Source: Planctomycetota bacterium
Lineage (GTDB): Bacteria > Planctomycetota > B15-G4
Direction: 5' to 3'
Assembly: GCA_965248575.1 (NCBI GenBank)
Contig: CBDFJQ010000002.1
Span: forward strand, 2,240,001-2,304,000
DNA length: 64,000 bases
Below the pieces are notes generated by a model, which saw only the letters and a program-made list of their open reading frames with translations, searched no databases and was not told the DNA's origin. Below, in pieces: positions 38,790 through 48,723 of this stretch; within the stretch, counting starts at the first letter, position 1; each line of letters starts with the position of its first letter. The translations under genes and the position numbers were made by a program.

Positions 38790-40037
38790 ATGACGACCGA
38801 CGATGGAAGGGTGCCTGAAGCAACGGGTGAGAGCTCCCCGGGTCGGAAGTGGGTCGGCAAGCTGTTGCTCTTCGTGACCAGCCTCGGACTGAGCCTGCTG
38901 CTTGCAGACTTCATTCTGCGTGAGCTGAACCCCCAAGCGGATAACAAGCAGGCCTCGGTCTACGCGCCAGACGCACGGCTGCTGTATCGCATGGTGCCAG
39001 GGACGTCGAAGATCTTCCGCCACAAGCCCGAGAACGGTTCAGCGGAAGTGCACGTGCGCGTCAACAAGCATGGTTTTCGAGGTGACGACTTTGCCTTGGA
39101 GACGCAGCAGCCTCGCATCGTTGTCTACGGCGATTCCTTCATCGCGGGTGAGTTCTCTCCCCTCGAAGAGACCTTCGTGGAACGCCTGGAAGACAGGCTG
39201 AGCCAAGCCCTAGGTCGTGAAGTGGAATGCATCAACGCGGGAGTGGTGGGTTATGGGCCCGACCAGATGCTGCTGCGTATGGAGGAAGACTCCGACAAGC
39301 TCATGCCAGACCTCATCGTGGTGGCGCTGTTTTCCGGAAATGACTACGGCGACATCGTGCGCAACCGCTTGTTTGGCTTGAATGCCGACGGTTCGCTTCG
39401 CGCGCAGAAGGTGTCGTTCTCGCAGACATGGATTGACTCCTGGGCCCAAGCGGATGAAGGGGGCTTGCTCGACACCCTCAGTGCGCACCGGAAAGCGAAG
39501 ACTTCGCGCAGTGACGAGGGTGTGGCCAACTTGTCACCCCAGGAGTTCATGAAGCGGGCCTTGCGCAACTCAAAGCGGGATCATGCGCGAGCGCTCGCTA
39601 GCAAGGTCGTGGTCCTGAACTCCGTTCAAGCGGACTACTACGACGCAGACCTGGCGATCAGCGCCCAAAAGGATTCGTCGCGTTACAAGCTCCAGCTCAT
39701 GGAGCAAGTGATGCTGGAGTTTGAGCGCAGAGCGTCGGCGCGTGGGATTCCCCTGGTCTTTGTCGGGATTCCCGCACCGATGGATGTCTGCGAGGGCTAC
39801 GAGGTGTCCGTGGATCCCTCAATCTGGCCCAGCTATGAGCCGGATCGACTGTGCCGAGGGCTCGCAGACATCGCGCGTCGAAACGACCTGTGGCACGTCG
39901 ACCTCTTTCCTAGCTTTCACGGCGATGCTTGCGCTTCGATGTTCTTCGGAAATGGCGATCACCATTGGACCGCGGCTGGGCAGGACCTGGCGGCGACCAC
40001 CGTCGCCCAGTCTATCGTTGCGCATGGATGGCCGTAA
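38790..40037 (+). CDS. Membrane-anchored SGNH/GDSL hydrolase
   Basis: N-terminal TM; GDSF, NAGVVGYG, GND, DHHW blocks. Confidence 0.88.
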   Translation: MTTDDGRVPEATGESSPGRKWVGKLLLFVTSLGLSLLLADFILRELNPQADNKQASVYAPDARLLYRMVPGTSKIFRHKPENGSAEVHVRVNKHGFRGDDFALETQQPRIVVYGDSFIAGEFSPLEETFVERLEDRLSQALGREVECINAGVVGYGPDQMLLRMEEDSDKLMPDLIVVALFSGNDYGDIVRNRLFGLNADGSLRAQKVSFSQTWIDSWAQADEGGLLDTLSAHRKAKTSRSDEGVANLSPQEFMKRALRNSKRDHARALASKVVVLNSVQADYYDADLAISAQKDSSRYKLQLMEQVMLEFERRASARGIPLVFVGIPAPMDVCEGYEVSVDPSIWPSYEPDRLCRGLADIARRNDLWHVDLFPSFHGDACASMFFGNGDHHWTAAGQDLAATTVAQSIVAHGWP

Positions 40038-40115
40038 GCCAGGGCGCGGAGGTCGCCGGGAACGCACCAAGCACGCTTGCGCGTAAAACCGCGGCGCTCG
40101 CGCCGACGTTTTCGC

Positions 40116-40943
40116 TCACTTCACCCCGGAAGACTCGGGTCTGATGGGTGTGTACTCACTTGAGACCTCATGCTCGAGGTACTGCTGCGCCGCCTGAAGA
40201 ACGGGAGCGTTGTCCTCGAACCGGAGGGGGTAGCTGAGCAGGCGTTCTTGAGCGACCTCGTAGAGTTCGTGGGCCTCCTCAGAAAGCAGCCATTGCGTCA
40301 GGCCGCCGCCAACCTTCGTGTTGGCGTAGGCCGCATCGATGGCAGCCGCGATGGGCGACGTGCTGAGGTCAGAAATCACGGGGCGTGGGTAAGGGCCATA
40401 TCCTGCCGGGAGTGAATCGTAGTCCAAGCGCTCCATGGCTTTGCCAAAGGCCGGGTCAGTCTGGCCGTACACGGTTCGCTCAATGCTCTGCTGGATCATC
40501 ATCCCGGAGCACTGCGCGCAGGGCTCAAGAGAGGTGTAGACGGTGTGTGTTTTTAGATTGTAGGACCTCTTCTTGTTGAGATAGCCGGTCATCAGCCGCA
40601 CTTCGCCGTGCTGAGTGCCGTTGCCGGTGATCTTGTTGCAGTTGCGTCCCCAGTTGACGATGCGGTTCTGGCCGTCCACCAAAACGGCGCCGATGTTGTG
40701 GCCCCGCGGAGTGGCGGTGTCTTTGGTCTGCCAATCCTTGAGCACCACGGCATAGGCGAGCAAACTGAAGATCTCGTCGCGTTCCTCGGCCTCAGATTCA
40801 GCAGTGGCTGTAGACAGCGTGTCCTGGATCGTGCTGGACGCAGCGGCGACTGGAGCAGGCTCTGCGATCTCTCCCCCCGTCGCACTGCACCCAAGGGACA
40901 AGCCCAGAGCCCACAAGCCAATGAGAATTCGAAGAGCCTTCAT
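40116..40943 (-). CDS. Zinc-dependent nucleoside/nucleic-acid deaminase (CDA fold, TadA-like) with lipoprotein-like leader
   Basis: AGGAGG RBS; MKALRILIGLWALGLSLGC; IGAVLV, HGE, YTSLEPCAQC. Confidence 0.88.
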   Translation of the reverse strand: MKALRILIGLWALGLSLGCSATGGEIAEPAPVAAASSTIQDTLSTATAESEAEERDEIFSLLAYAVVLKDWQTKDTATPRGHNIGAVLVDGQNRIVNWGRNCNKITGNGTQHGEVRLMTGYLNKKRSYNLKTHTVYTSLEPCAQCSGMMIQQSIERTVYGQTDPAFGKAMERLDYDSLPAGYGPYPRPVISDLSTSPIAAAIDAAYANTKVGGGLTQWLLSEEAHELYEVAQERLLSYPLRFEDNAPVLQAAQQYLEHEVSSEYTPIRPESSGVK

Positions 40944-41248
40944 TCTGAGATTCCTCCTGCAATTGGATCGGGTGAACTGACCCGCAACACCGTGCGGTAC
41001 CTGAACGTCGTGCATCAAGTTCCAACGATTGGGCTTGAACTCAACTGACCAGGCGTCGCCTCCGCCTTTGCTTGGCGCTCAGCCAATCAGTCGAACCCCA
41101 TCCCCTCTCTTCCAAGGCGGCTGACTCTAGCATGAGCACACGACGTGTGCCGAGCCCGCACAGCCCGCGCAGTTGACTGCTGGTTCGCGCCGAACCGGCA
41201 GCGCGACTTGCGCTGTCTGCAAGGTTCACATCGCAGCTGCGGCCAAAC

Positions 41249-41779
41249 TCAGCGCTGATATGTCACCGAAAGCGGGTACTCACCGTTGGCCCAAAACGGC
41301 CCGTCACGGGTTTGCAGCTTCACGGTCAAGACCTTGTTGCCCGCATCGATATGGACGTGTCCGCTCACGATCTCGATCGATGGGCTCTGCGCACCTGGGT
41401 GGGTGTCCACCAGGACGAGATCAGCGGCCTGGATCACGACCCGGGATCCCGACATCTCCGCGAGGTCAAAGGAGTAGGCCCGGTGCGTCTCGTAGGAGCC
41501 GAGGGAGTGCACACCCCATTGGTAGTTGCCCGTGGGCGCCGTGAAATAGACGTAGGGTCTGGCGACTTCGCCTGCAGGTGTCCGCAAGCCCAGATGAGCC
41601 CTGGGCGCATGACTCCGCGCCGCGCAGGACACGAGCATCTGGGAAAGCAGCAAGGCGCCGACGCACATCGCCCATGCCAGCCTGCTTGCGCTTCGTGTGT
41701 TGGGCCGAGCCCCCGGCTGGGTTTGCGGGCCCTGACCCGCAGGCGCTTGCTCAAACAATCTGTCGTGCTCGTTCGCCAT
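41249..41779 (-). CDS. Hypothetical protein, possible lipoprotein
   Basis: 176 aa ORF, hydrophobic stretch ending LVSC, beta-rich remainder. Start uncertain. Confidence 0.6.
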   Translation of the reverse strand: MANEHDRLFEQAPAGQGPQTQPGARPNTRSASRLAWAMCVGALLLSQMLVSCAARSHAPRAHLGLRTPAGEVARPYVYFTAPTGNYQWGVHSLGSYETHRAYSFDLAEMSGSRVVIQAADLVLVDTHPGAQSPSIEIVSGHVHIDAGNKVLTVKLQTRDGPFWANGEYPLSVTYQR

Positions 41780-41963
41780 GCCTGCTCTTCTGCCTCCCGT
41801 GCCTTCCGAAATCCGCTCCGAGCCACGATCCTACGATGTCGCTTCCGATCCGCGTCGAAGCGATCCCGACGGCTGAATCTCGACCGACTCGAGAGGAGCC
41901 GCCCCAAAAACTTCATACCATCCAGTCAGCGCCGACCACGCCACCCCCAGGAACACACCCGCC

Positions 41964-43187
41964 ATGCCGAGCCTGATGGAACGCCTGCACGATCTCTGGC
42001 AAGACGGCCGAGGACTCAAGTGGCTTCTGTTGCTAACGGCCCTGGTCCTGCAGGCCCCCACCGAAACGGTGTCGCAGGGCTTCGTCCCCAATGCCTTGAT
42101 CCTGACCGACCTCAACCCCAAGACCCTTCCCATCGTCCTGGCAGCGGACGCCGACAACAAGGACGTCAAGTACAAGTCCAAGTCGACCTACAAGCCGAAG
42201 ACCGTGATCACGGGCGGTGCCAAGAAGGACGTGCGTCTGATGCTGCGCGCCAAGCGAGATAACGCTGGCCTGCGGGCGGTGCTCGATCACGAGATCGCTA
42301 CGAACGACATGGACTACCGCATCCGCCTGGCCTTCGACCCCGGCAAACGGGACGGGCTCGTGGATGGCGCTTCGTTAGGGTTCTTCGAGATCATCGTGCT
42401 CGGCGCTGCACCCGCAGAAGGCACCCAGACCGTGCGCCGTCTCGAGGCAGTCTACAACGAGGCGATGGACGGCTATACGGTGCGCGCGACGGACGGCACG
42501 GACCCACTGGGCATGACGCTGGATGTCGCGGACGAAGAGGTCGTGCTTCGATTGCGCTTGGCCGGCGGCCTGTTGTTCATGGAGGCGGGCGCACCCACTG
42601 GCCCGTTCATCACCAACATCAACACCACGGAGCTTTACAGCGAAGACCTCAGCGTGGAGAGCGGCCTCTGGTCGTCGGGCAACGGCATCCCCCACAACAT
42701 TGCCTGGGGCGTGGCCGGCCTCGGCAAGAAGGCCACCCTGTACTTCAACCTGATGACACTTTGGGGCGCGCTGCCTCATATCGGAGATGCGGAAACCCCC
42801 ATCGCCCAACAGCTCATCACAACGGTCATCACCGTGACCAACTCACTGTTCCCGTCCGACGTGGCCACCGCCACCCAGGTCATGGACGACACGGCGGCCG
42901 TGCTGCTCGATGTCGTGATGGACCTGGAGACCGCCGTGAATGTCGAGAGTTTCCGGGACCCGAGCCAGGCCAGCCGCGCGCTCAAGACCGCAAAGAAGGC
43001 CCTGAAGATGGCCCAGAAGGCCAAGGCTAGCGGAGACAAACTCCTGGCAGCGGGCAAGACGAACCCTGCCCCCCTCGGCAAGAAGGCCATGGCCATCACC
43101 ATCCGCTCCATCTTGGCACTGGTGCAGGTGGGCGGCTTCCGGAGCAACAGTGCTTCGAAAGCGGTGAAGACCGCCTCGTCCTTCTGA
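41964..43187 (+). CDS. Secreted hypothetical protein (beta-rich core, Lys/Ala-rich helical tail)
   Basis: 407 aa ORF with host-like codon usage and hydrophobic leader. Confidence 0.75.
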   Translation: MPSLMERLHDLWQDGRGLKWLLLLTALVLQAPTETVSQGFVPNALILTDLNPKTLPIVLAADADNKDVKYKSKSTYKPKTVITGGAKKDVRLMLRAKRDNAGLRAVLDHEIATNDMDYRIRLAFDPGKRDGLVDGASLGFFEIIVLGAAPAEGTQTVRRLEAVYNEAMDGYTVRATDGTDPLGMTLDVADEEVVLRLRLAGGLLFMEAGAPTGPFITNINTTELYSEDLSVESGLWSSGNGIPHNIAWGVAGLGKKATLYFNLMTLWGALPHIGDAETPIAQQLITTVITVTNSLFPSDVATATQVMDDTAAVLLDVVMDLETAVNVESFRDPSQASRALKTAKKALKMAQKAKASGDKLLAAGKTNPAPLGKKAMAITIRSILALVQVGGFRSNSASKAVKTASSF

Positions 43188-43380
43188 CGCATCGCCAACG
43201 GCGCTAGGCCTTGAACTTGTCGTGGCCCTGCCTGTCCCCGCCCGGCCCTTGCCGAGCCCAGCACCGGCCGGGGCTCGGTCGTGCCCTGCCACATATCGGC
43301 CATCTCAAGCGCAAATCTCGGAGGCTCTCTTCGGATAGGATGCGCGGTAATCGTGTTCCTCCTTAGTGTTGGGTCCTGAC

Positions 43381-44391
43381 ATGGCGCCATCGATGGTCTT
43401 GAAAACTTTCCGGGTCCTGCTGAGCGTCGCCGTACTGGCGAGCTGCCTGGCGACGCCAACTGCCCTCGCGCTCGTGCCTACCAGCGCGTCGCACCCCAAG
43501 CTGACGGCTCCGCCGCCGTCGGGGAGGGTCACCCTGACCAACGGCACCACCATCGAGGCCCAGAGCATCACGGTGGGCGATGAGCGGGTGGAGATCGACC
43601 TCGGTTTCCAGGTGCTCAGCGTCCCGCTCTCGGAAGTGGCTGAGATCGAAACGGATCTCGAAGGCAGCGAGTTAGATGAAGACCGGCTGTACAGCGAATC
43701 CAGCGAGGGCGAGCAGCGGAGCCTCGACCACAACATGGGAGTCGTCGCCGAAGCCGTGGTCCTGGTGCGCACTCCGGTGGGCCTCGGCTCCGGCTTCATG
43801 ATCCACCCTGAGGGCTACCTGATCACCAACGACCATGTCGTGGAAGGCTCCACCGAGCTGACCGTCGTGGTCTATCGCCAAGCCACCGATGGCCTGCGCA
43901 AGGACGAGTACAAGCACATCCGCATCGTGGCCACCAGCGAGCTCCTGGATCTCGCCCTGCTCAAGATCGAGCCCGATGAGCCTGAGGAGTTCCTCACCGT
44001 TCCGCTCAGCAACTCGAACGAGCTGACACAAGGCGAAGGGGTGTTCGCAGTGGGCAACCCCATGGGCCTTGAGCGCAGCTTGAGCGAGGGCATCGTCGCC
44101 CTGCGTTCGCGCCTGCTCGGCGGACAGACCTTCGTGCAGACCACGGCGGCCTTGAGCCCCGGGAACAGCGGTGGCCCCCTGTTCAACATGGCGGGCGAGG
44201 TCATCGGTGTGAACTCACTGAAGATCGTGGCCCAGGCAGCGGAGGGCCTGTCCTTCAGCATCCCCATCAATCAAGTGAAGGCCTTCATCGACAGCCAGGA
44301 GGCCTACGCCTTCGACTCGCTCAACGCCAACAGTGGTCACCGCTACTACGCTCCGCCGCAGCAGGGTGACAAAGAGGAGACGACCCCATGA
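43381..44391 (+). CDS. Trypsin-like serine protease (S1C/HtrA-type) without PDZ domain
   Basis: GSGF, ITNDHVV, DLALL, GNPMG, PGNSGGPL; ends about 35 aa after the protease domain. Confidence 0.93.
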   Translation: MAPSMVLKTFRVLLSVAVLASCLATPTALALVPTSASHPKLTAPPPSGRVTLTNGTTIEAQSITVGDERVEIDLGFQVLSVPLSEVAEIETDLEGSELDEDRLYSESSEGEQRSLDHNMGVVAEAVVLVRTPVGLGSGFMIHPEGYLITNDHVVEGSTELTVVVYRQATDGLRKDEYKHIRIVATSELLDLALLKIEPDEPEEFLTVPLSNSNELTQGEGVFAVGNPMGLERSLSEGIVALRSRLLGGQTFVQTTAALSPGNSGGPLFNMAGEVIGVNSLKIVAQAAEGLSFSIPINQVKAFIDSQEAYAFDSLNANSGHRYYAPPQQGDKEETTP

Positions 44392-46271
44392 TCATCACCC
44401 CAAGCCGAGAGGCACAAGGCTCGCGCCGGTTGCTGGCAACCCTTGGCGTGACCCTGGCCGCTTGCGCCTGCTTGGCGTCACCCGTCAGCGCGCAGATCCC
44501 ACGCGGCGACCTGGCTCAGATTGTTCCCGCTGGAACCGTGGTGTTCGCACAGGTTTCCGCGCTCGACAAGCTGGCCTTGCTCGACCCCGACGGCGCCATG
44601 ATGACCTTGGCGAAGCACGAAGCCGTCGCCGCCGCCTTCGAGGGAATCACCGACTTCTTCGGCGACTTCGAGGACGAAGAGACACTGCTGGCCCTCGACC
44701 TGGAAGCCGACGAACTGGCCCGCCTCTTCACCGGACGCATCATGTTTGCCATGCCGGAGCTTGTGCTCGAGGAGTCGGACGTCGAGGTGGGCGCCAGCAC
44801 ACAGGTATCCCTCACGCTGAGACCCGGCCGCGGCGTGCTGGTCATGGCCGACTTCAGCGGCACGGAGGAACGCCTCGAAGAGCTGCTGGAGAACGTGGCC
44901 AAGCTGCGCGAAGAGGATGAGGAGATCCACGACGCTGCCATCCTCGCCGAGGACATCGACGGCGCGCGCCTCTACAACCTCGTCGAGGTCGACCTGGAGC
45001 AGGATGTCGACGACTCCACATGGCTGGCCCTGGTGGACGAAGTGCTGCTGCTCTCGAACAACGAGGACACGCTGATGGACTTCGTGGATCTCGCCGACCA
45101 AGGCGCCCCCGAAGGCGACAGCCTGGTGGATGACCCGCGCTACCAGGACACGCTGGATCGCGTCGGCGAGCACGACGTGCTGATCTACATCAACAGCGGC
45201 GAGATGCTGCCGTTGGTGAACGAGCTGCTCGAGGACCAGCTCAACAAACAGGGTATGTCGGTCGCCATGTTCCTGCGCCCGGAAGATCTCATTGCGGCGT
45301 TGCGGCTCGATGCCCTCGAGAGTTTCTTCGCTGGCCTGCGGGTGGACGACGACGAGGCCGAGCTGGTCTTCGGCATGACCCACGCCGACACCGAGTACGG
45401 CCTGCACACCCTCATGACCTATGGCGGCAGCGGCGTGGAGATCCCGGATTACTTCAGCTCCGACTTCCACTCGGCGTCCATCTCGAACTTCGACGTGGCT
45501 GGCGCCTACGAGATGTTCGACAAGATGCTGCTCAAGGCGTCGCCCACGGGGCACGGCATGCTGCGCGGTCAGATCGAGCAGTTCGAGACCGAGAGCTTCC
45601 CCATCCGCGAGGCACTGCTCACCAACCTCGACAGCCTCATGGTGGAGATGCTCGGCTTCCCGGAGGCCACGGTCGTCGGCCCGGAGGAGCACCCCACCCA
45701 GGCCTACGTGATCAAGGTCAAGGACCCCCAGTCCCTCGAAGAGGCGCTGTCGGCCTTGGTGGATGACGAGAACGAGGAGGAGGCGAGCGAGTTCATGAAC
45801 GTCTCCATCCGCACTCTGCCGCTGCCCGCGATGCTCGCTCCGGGGACGGAGTCTCCCGAGTTGGCCTTCGCGGTCGTGGACAACAACCTCGTGGTCTCGC
45901 TGGGTGACCGCAAGATGGTCGAGAACGTGATCGCGCACATCAAGAACCCCGGCGACTCCCTGCTGGACGACGTAGACCTCATGGATGCCTTCGACGATCT
46001 GCCGTCGGATGACATCGTGGCCATGGGCTTCGTGAGCGTTGCCGAGACGCTACAAAACATCATTCGCGGAGGCGGCGACGCGCTCGAGTCCCAGTTCGCC
46101 TTCGTGGACGAAGAGCAGGATCTCGAGTCCTTGCTCGAAGCCCAGGAGGCTCTGGACAACCTGCCCGACGTCTCGGACATCCACTATTACGTGGTCTCCA
46201 AGACCTACAAGAGCGGCGATGCCTTCGTCTCGCACATGCTCTTGCGCCCTGACTTGGACCCGCAACCGTGA
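44388..46271 (+). CDS. Secreted, very acidic hypothetical protein (DUF3352-like architecture)
   Basis: ATGA overlap with protease; signal peptide; LAQIVPAGT start and two similar halves (ALVDEVLLLS..SLVDDP; AVVDNNLVVS..SLLDDV). Confidence 0.75.
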   Translation: MIITPSREAQGSRRLLATLGVTLAACACLASPVSAQIPRGDLAQIVPAGTVVFAQVSALDKLALLDPDGAMMTLAKHEAVAAAFEGITDFFGDFEDEETLLALDLEADELARLFTGRIMFAMPELVLEESDVEVGASTQVSLTLRPGRGVLVMADFSGTEERLEELLENVAKLREEDEEIHDAAILAEDIDGARLYNLVEVDLEQDVDDSTWLALVDEVLLLSNNEDTLMDFVDLADQGAPEGDSLVDDPRYQDTLDRVGEHDVLIYINSGEMLPLVNELLEDQLNKQGMSVAMFLRPEDLIAALRLDALESFFAGLRVDDDEAELVFGMTHADTEYGLHTLMTYGGSGVEIPDYFSSDFHSASISNFDVAGAYEMFDKMLLKASPTGHGMLRGQIEQFETESFPIREALLTNLDSLMVEMLGFPEATVVGPEEHPTQAYVIKVKDPQSLEEALSALVDDENEEEASEFMNVSIRTLPLPAMLAPGTESPELAFAVVDNNLVVSLGDRKMVENVIAHIKNPGDSLLDDVDLMDAFDDLPSDDIVAMGFVSVAETLQNIIRGGGDALESQFAFVDEEQDLESLLEAQEALDNLPDVSDIHYYVVSKTYKSGDAFVSHMLLRPDLDPQP

Positions 46272-46330
46272 TCCGCTTGCCCGAGATCGCTTCGACCCCG
46301 TCCCATTCGATCCCGTCCTGTCCAACCCTG

Positions 46331-48670
46331 ATGAGCTCTGCCGTGCTGCGTTTCTCCGTGCGCCTCTCCCCGGTTCTCTCCCTGGTTCTCGCGTTGGCCC
46401 CCTGGGCACAGGTGTCGGCCTCCGATGCTCCGTTCCAGCTCACCGGTCCGCTGGTGTCCCTCGCCGACTGGAACACCCGCGGGCTGTGCTCGGGTGACCT
46501 CGATGGCGACGGACGCCTGGACCTGGCCATGGTCAACAACGACCGGGCCCGCATTGACTTGCTGTACCAGCGCACACCCGACGAGTTGCGCGCCGTGGCC
46601 AAGACGCGCCTCGACAGCCCGCGCTGGGAACCCATCATCGAGGACGCGCCCTTCCTCAAGGAGACGGTGACCACAGGTGACTTCATGTACGACCTGGCCA
46701 TCGTGGATGTGGATGGCGACGGCCGGAACGATCTTGTCTACACCGGAAAGCGTGACCGCATTGCGGTCAAGCTGCAGACGGGCGACGGGGTGTTCGACGA
46801 GATGTGGGCCTACGATCGCGACACCCCCAACGCCAACGTCGGGTCGCTGGCCGTGTCCGACGTGGATGGAAACGGTCGGGACGACCTGATCGCCATGACC
46901 ACCACGGCCTTCCTGGTCTTCCACCTCGACGGCGAGGCCGATGTGCTGCCCCGCCCCGACAAGTACCGGGTCAGCGAAGAGAACCCCCAGCACCTGGCAG
47001 CCCGCGACCTCAACGGCGACGGGCGACTGGACCTGGCCTACATCGCCGCGAGCAGCGAGCGCGCGTTGCGCGTGCGCTACCAGGACGCGGTCGGCAACTT
47101 CGGGCCCGAGTTGGGCATCCCCGTGCCCGTGGGTGCGTCCTCTTGGGACGTCCTGAGCTGTGACGGTGCGGTGGACCAGCTGGTGACCATCAAGCCCACC
47201 CGCTCGGAGCTGCAGTTCACGCCGCTGACGGGAGAGCCGGGCGCCAGTGCTCGACGCCAATCGCTGGCCATCCGGAACTACCCGGTGCCCAAGTCCGGCG
47301 TCGACCCATCGCTCTACGCCGTGGGCGACTTCGATGGCGACACGCGCATGGATGTTGCGGTGGCCGACACCAACGGTGCCGCCGTGCATCTGTACGTCCA
47401 GGACGACAGCGGAGAGTTCAGCCGCCCCGTCGAATTCCCGTCGCTGCAGAACATGTCCTCGCTCTCGGTGCTTCAGCGTGGCAGCCAGCCCGACGGCTTG
47501 CTGGTCTGCAGCGAGAAGGAAGGCATGGTGGGCATCTCCATCATGGTGGACGGGCGACTGGGGTTCCCGGTCAACATCGCCGTTCCCGGCGAACCGCTGG
47601 TCGCGGCGGCGGCCGATCTGGACGGCGATGGAAACTCCGAAGTGATCGTCGCGACGAAGGATGGCCGACGCTTCAACCTTGAAGTGATGCGCAAGAACGG
47701 CGACGGCTGGGAAGGCGGCGAGCCGGTCAAGCTGGGTGCCATCAAGCGCAGCCCTTCCGATCTGATCGCCAAGGACCTGAACGACGATGGCTTCGTGGAC
47801 CTGGCCATGTTCATTCCCCGGGAAGCCTCTAGGCTGTTCATCCAACAGGGCGACGGTGAGTTCCAGGAGATCGCCGAGGAAGATTCCGTGCGCACCAGCC
47901 AGTTCGAAGGCGTCTTGCCACGCAACTTCGGGACCGGCGACTTCACCGGAGACGGCAAGACCGAGATCCTCGTGGCGGGCAAGGGCTTCGTGCGCGCCTA
48001 CCGGCTCAAGGCCGACGGCTCACTGGAGATCGTGGACCAGGCCAATGCGCGCAGCAGTCTCGACGAGCTGAGCGGCCCCCTGCTCTACGACCTGGACGGC
48101 GATGGCAGCCGTGAGTTGCTCAGTTTCTTCGAGGAGGAGGGGCGGCTTCAGGTGCTGGAGCGCGACGCCTCCGGCCTCTACACCTACCGCGACTCCCTCG
48201 ACCTCGCCTCCCTGGGCCTGACGCAGGTCCTGGCCCGGGACATGGGCGGCGCCGCGGGCAACCGGTTGATGTTCTTTGGCAAGGACCGCTTCTGGTCCAT
48301 CCCTCCGGTGCGCTTGGGTGGCGATGGCGCCGGACCGTCGAGCTACCGCACGCACCTGGATGACGTGTCCTACTCGCTCTTCGGCCTCGCTGACCTCAAC
48401 GGCGACGGCCAGCAGGACGTGATCGGCATCGATTCGGGCGAGCACGTGCTGGAAGTCCTCAGCGGCGGCTGCGACCAAGCGTGGAAGAGCGAGTTGTTCT
48501 TCACCATCTTCGAGAAGAACCGCTTCAATCGCAGCAGCAGGGGGGCGGCATCGCAACCCCGCGAGCTGCTGGTGGGCGACTTCAACAACGACAGCCGGGA
48601 CGACTTCGTGCTGCTCATCCATGACCGGGTGCTGCTGTATCCCCAGGCAGCAGCGGAGGGCTCGCACTGA
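46331..48670 (+). CDS. FG-GAP/VCBS repeat protein
   Basis: About eleven D-x-D/N-G-D-G-x-x-D motifs; signal peptide. Alternative GTG start at 46268 overlaps the upstream stop. Confidence 0.9.
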   Translation: MSSAVLRFSVRLSPVLSLVLALAPWAQVSASDAPFQLTGPLVSLADWNTRGLCSGDLDGDGRLDLAMVNNDRARIDLLYQRTPDELRAVAKTRLDSPRWEPIIEDAPFLKETVTTGDFMYDLAIVDVDGDGRNDLVYTGKRDRIAVKLQTGDGVFDEMWAYDRDTPNANVGSLAVSDVDGNGRDDLIAMTTTAFLVFHLDGEADVLPRPDKYRVSEENPQHLAARDLNGDGRLDLAYIAASSERALRVRYQDAVGNFGPELGIPVPVGASSWDVLSCDGAVDQLVTIKPTRSELQFTPLTGEPGASARRQSLAIRNYPVPKSGVDPSLYAVGDFDGDTRMDVAVADTNGAAVHLYVQDDSGEFSRPVEFPSLQNMSSLSVLQRGSQPDGLLVCSEKEGMVGISIMVDGRLGFPVNIAVPGEPLVAAAADLDGDGNSEVIVATKDGRRFNLEVMRKNGDGWEGGEPVKLGAIKRSPSDLIAKDLNDDGFVDLAMFIPREASRLFIQQGDGEFQEIAEEDSVRTSQFEGVLPRNFGTGDFTGDGKTEILVAGKGFVRAYRLKADGSLEIVDQANARSSLDELSGPLLYDLDGDGSRELLSFFEEEGRLQVLERDASGLYTYRDSLDLASLGLTQVLARDMGGAAGNRLMFFGKDRFWSIPPVRLGGDGAGPSSYRTHLDDVSYSLFGLADLNGDGQQDVIGIDSGEHVLEVLSGGCDQAWKSELFFTIFEKNRFNRSSRGAASQPRELLVGDFNNDSRDDFVLLIHDRVLLYPQAAAEGSH

Positions 48671-48723
48671 TCGCTGCGCCCGACGGTTCTGCAGACAAGA
48701 GCGCCTCGAAGAGCGGGCCGGCC

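Noticed and set aside
41800..41930. Possible further transposase relic (ATILR...)
   Set aside because: Only a five-residue resemblance with no supporting flanks.
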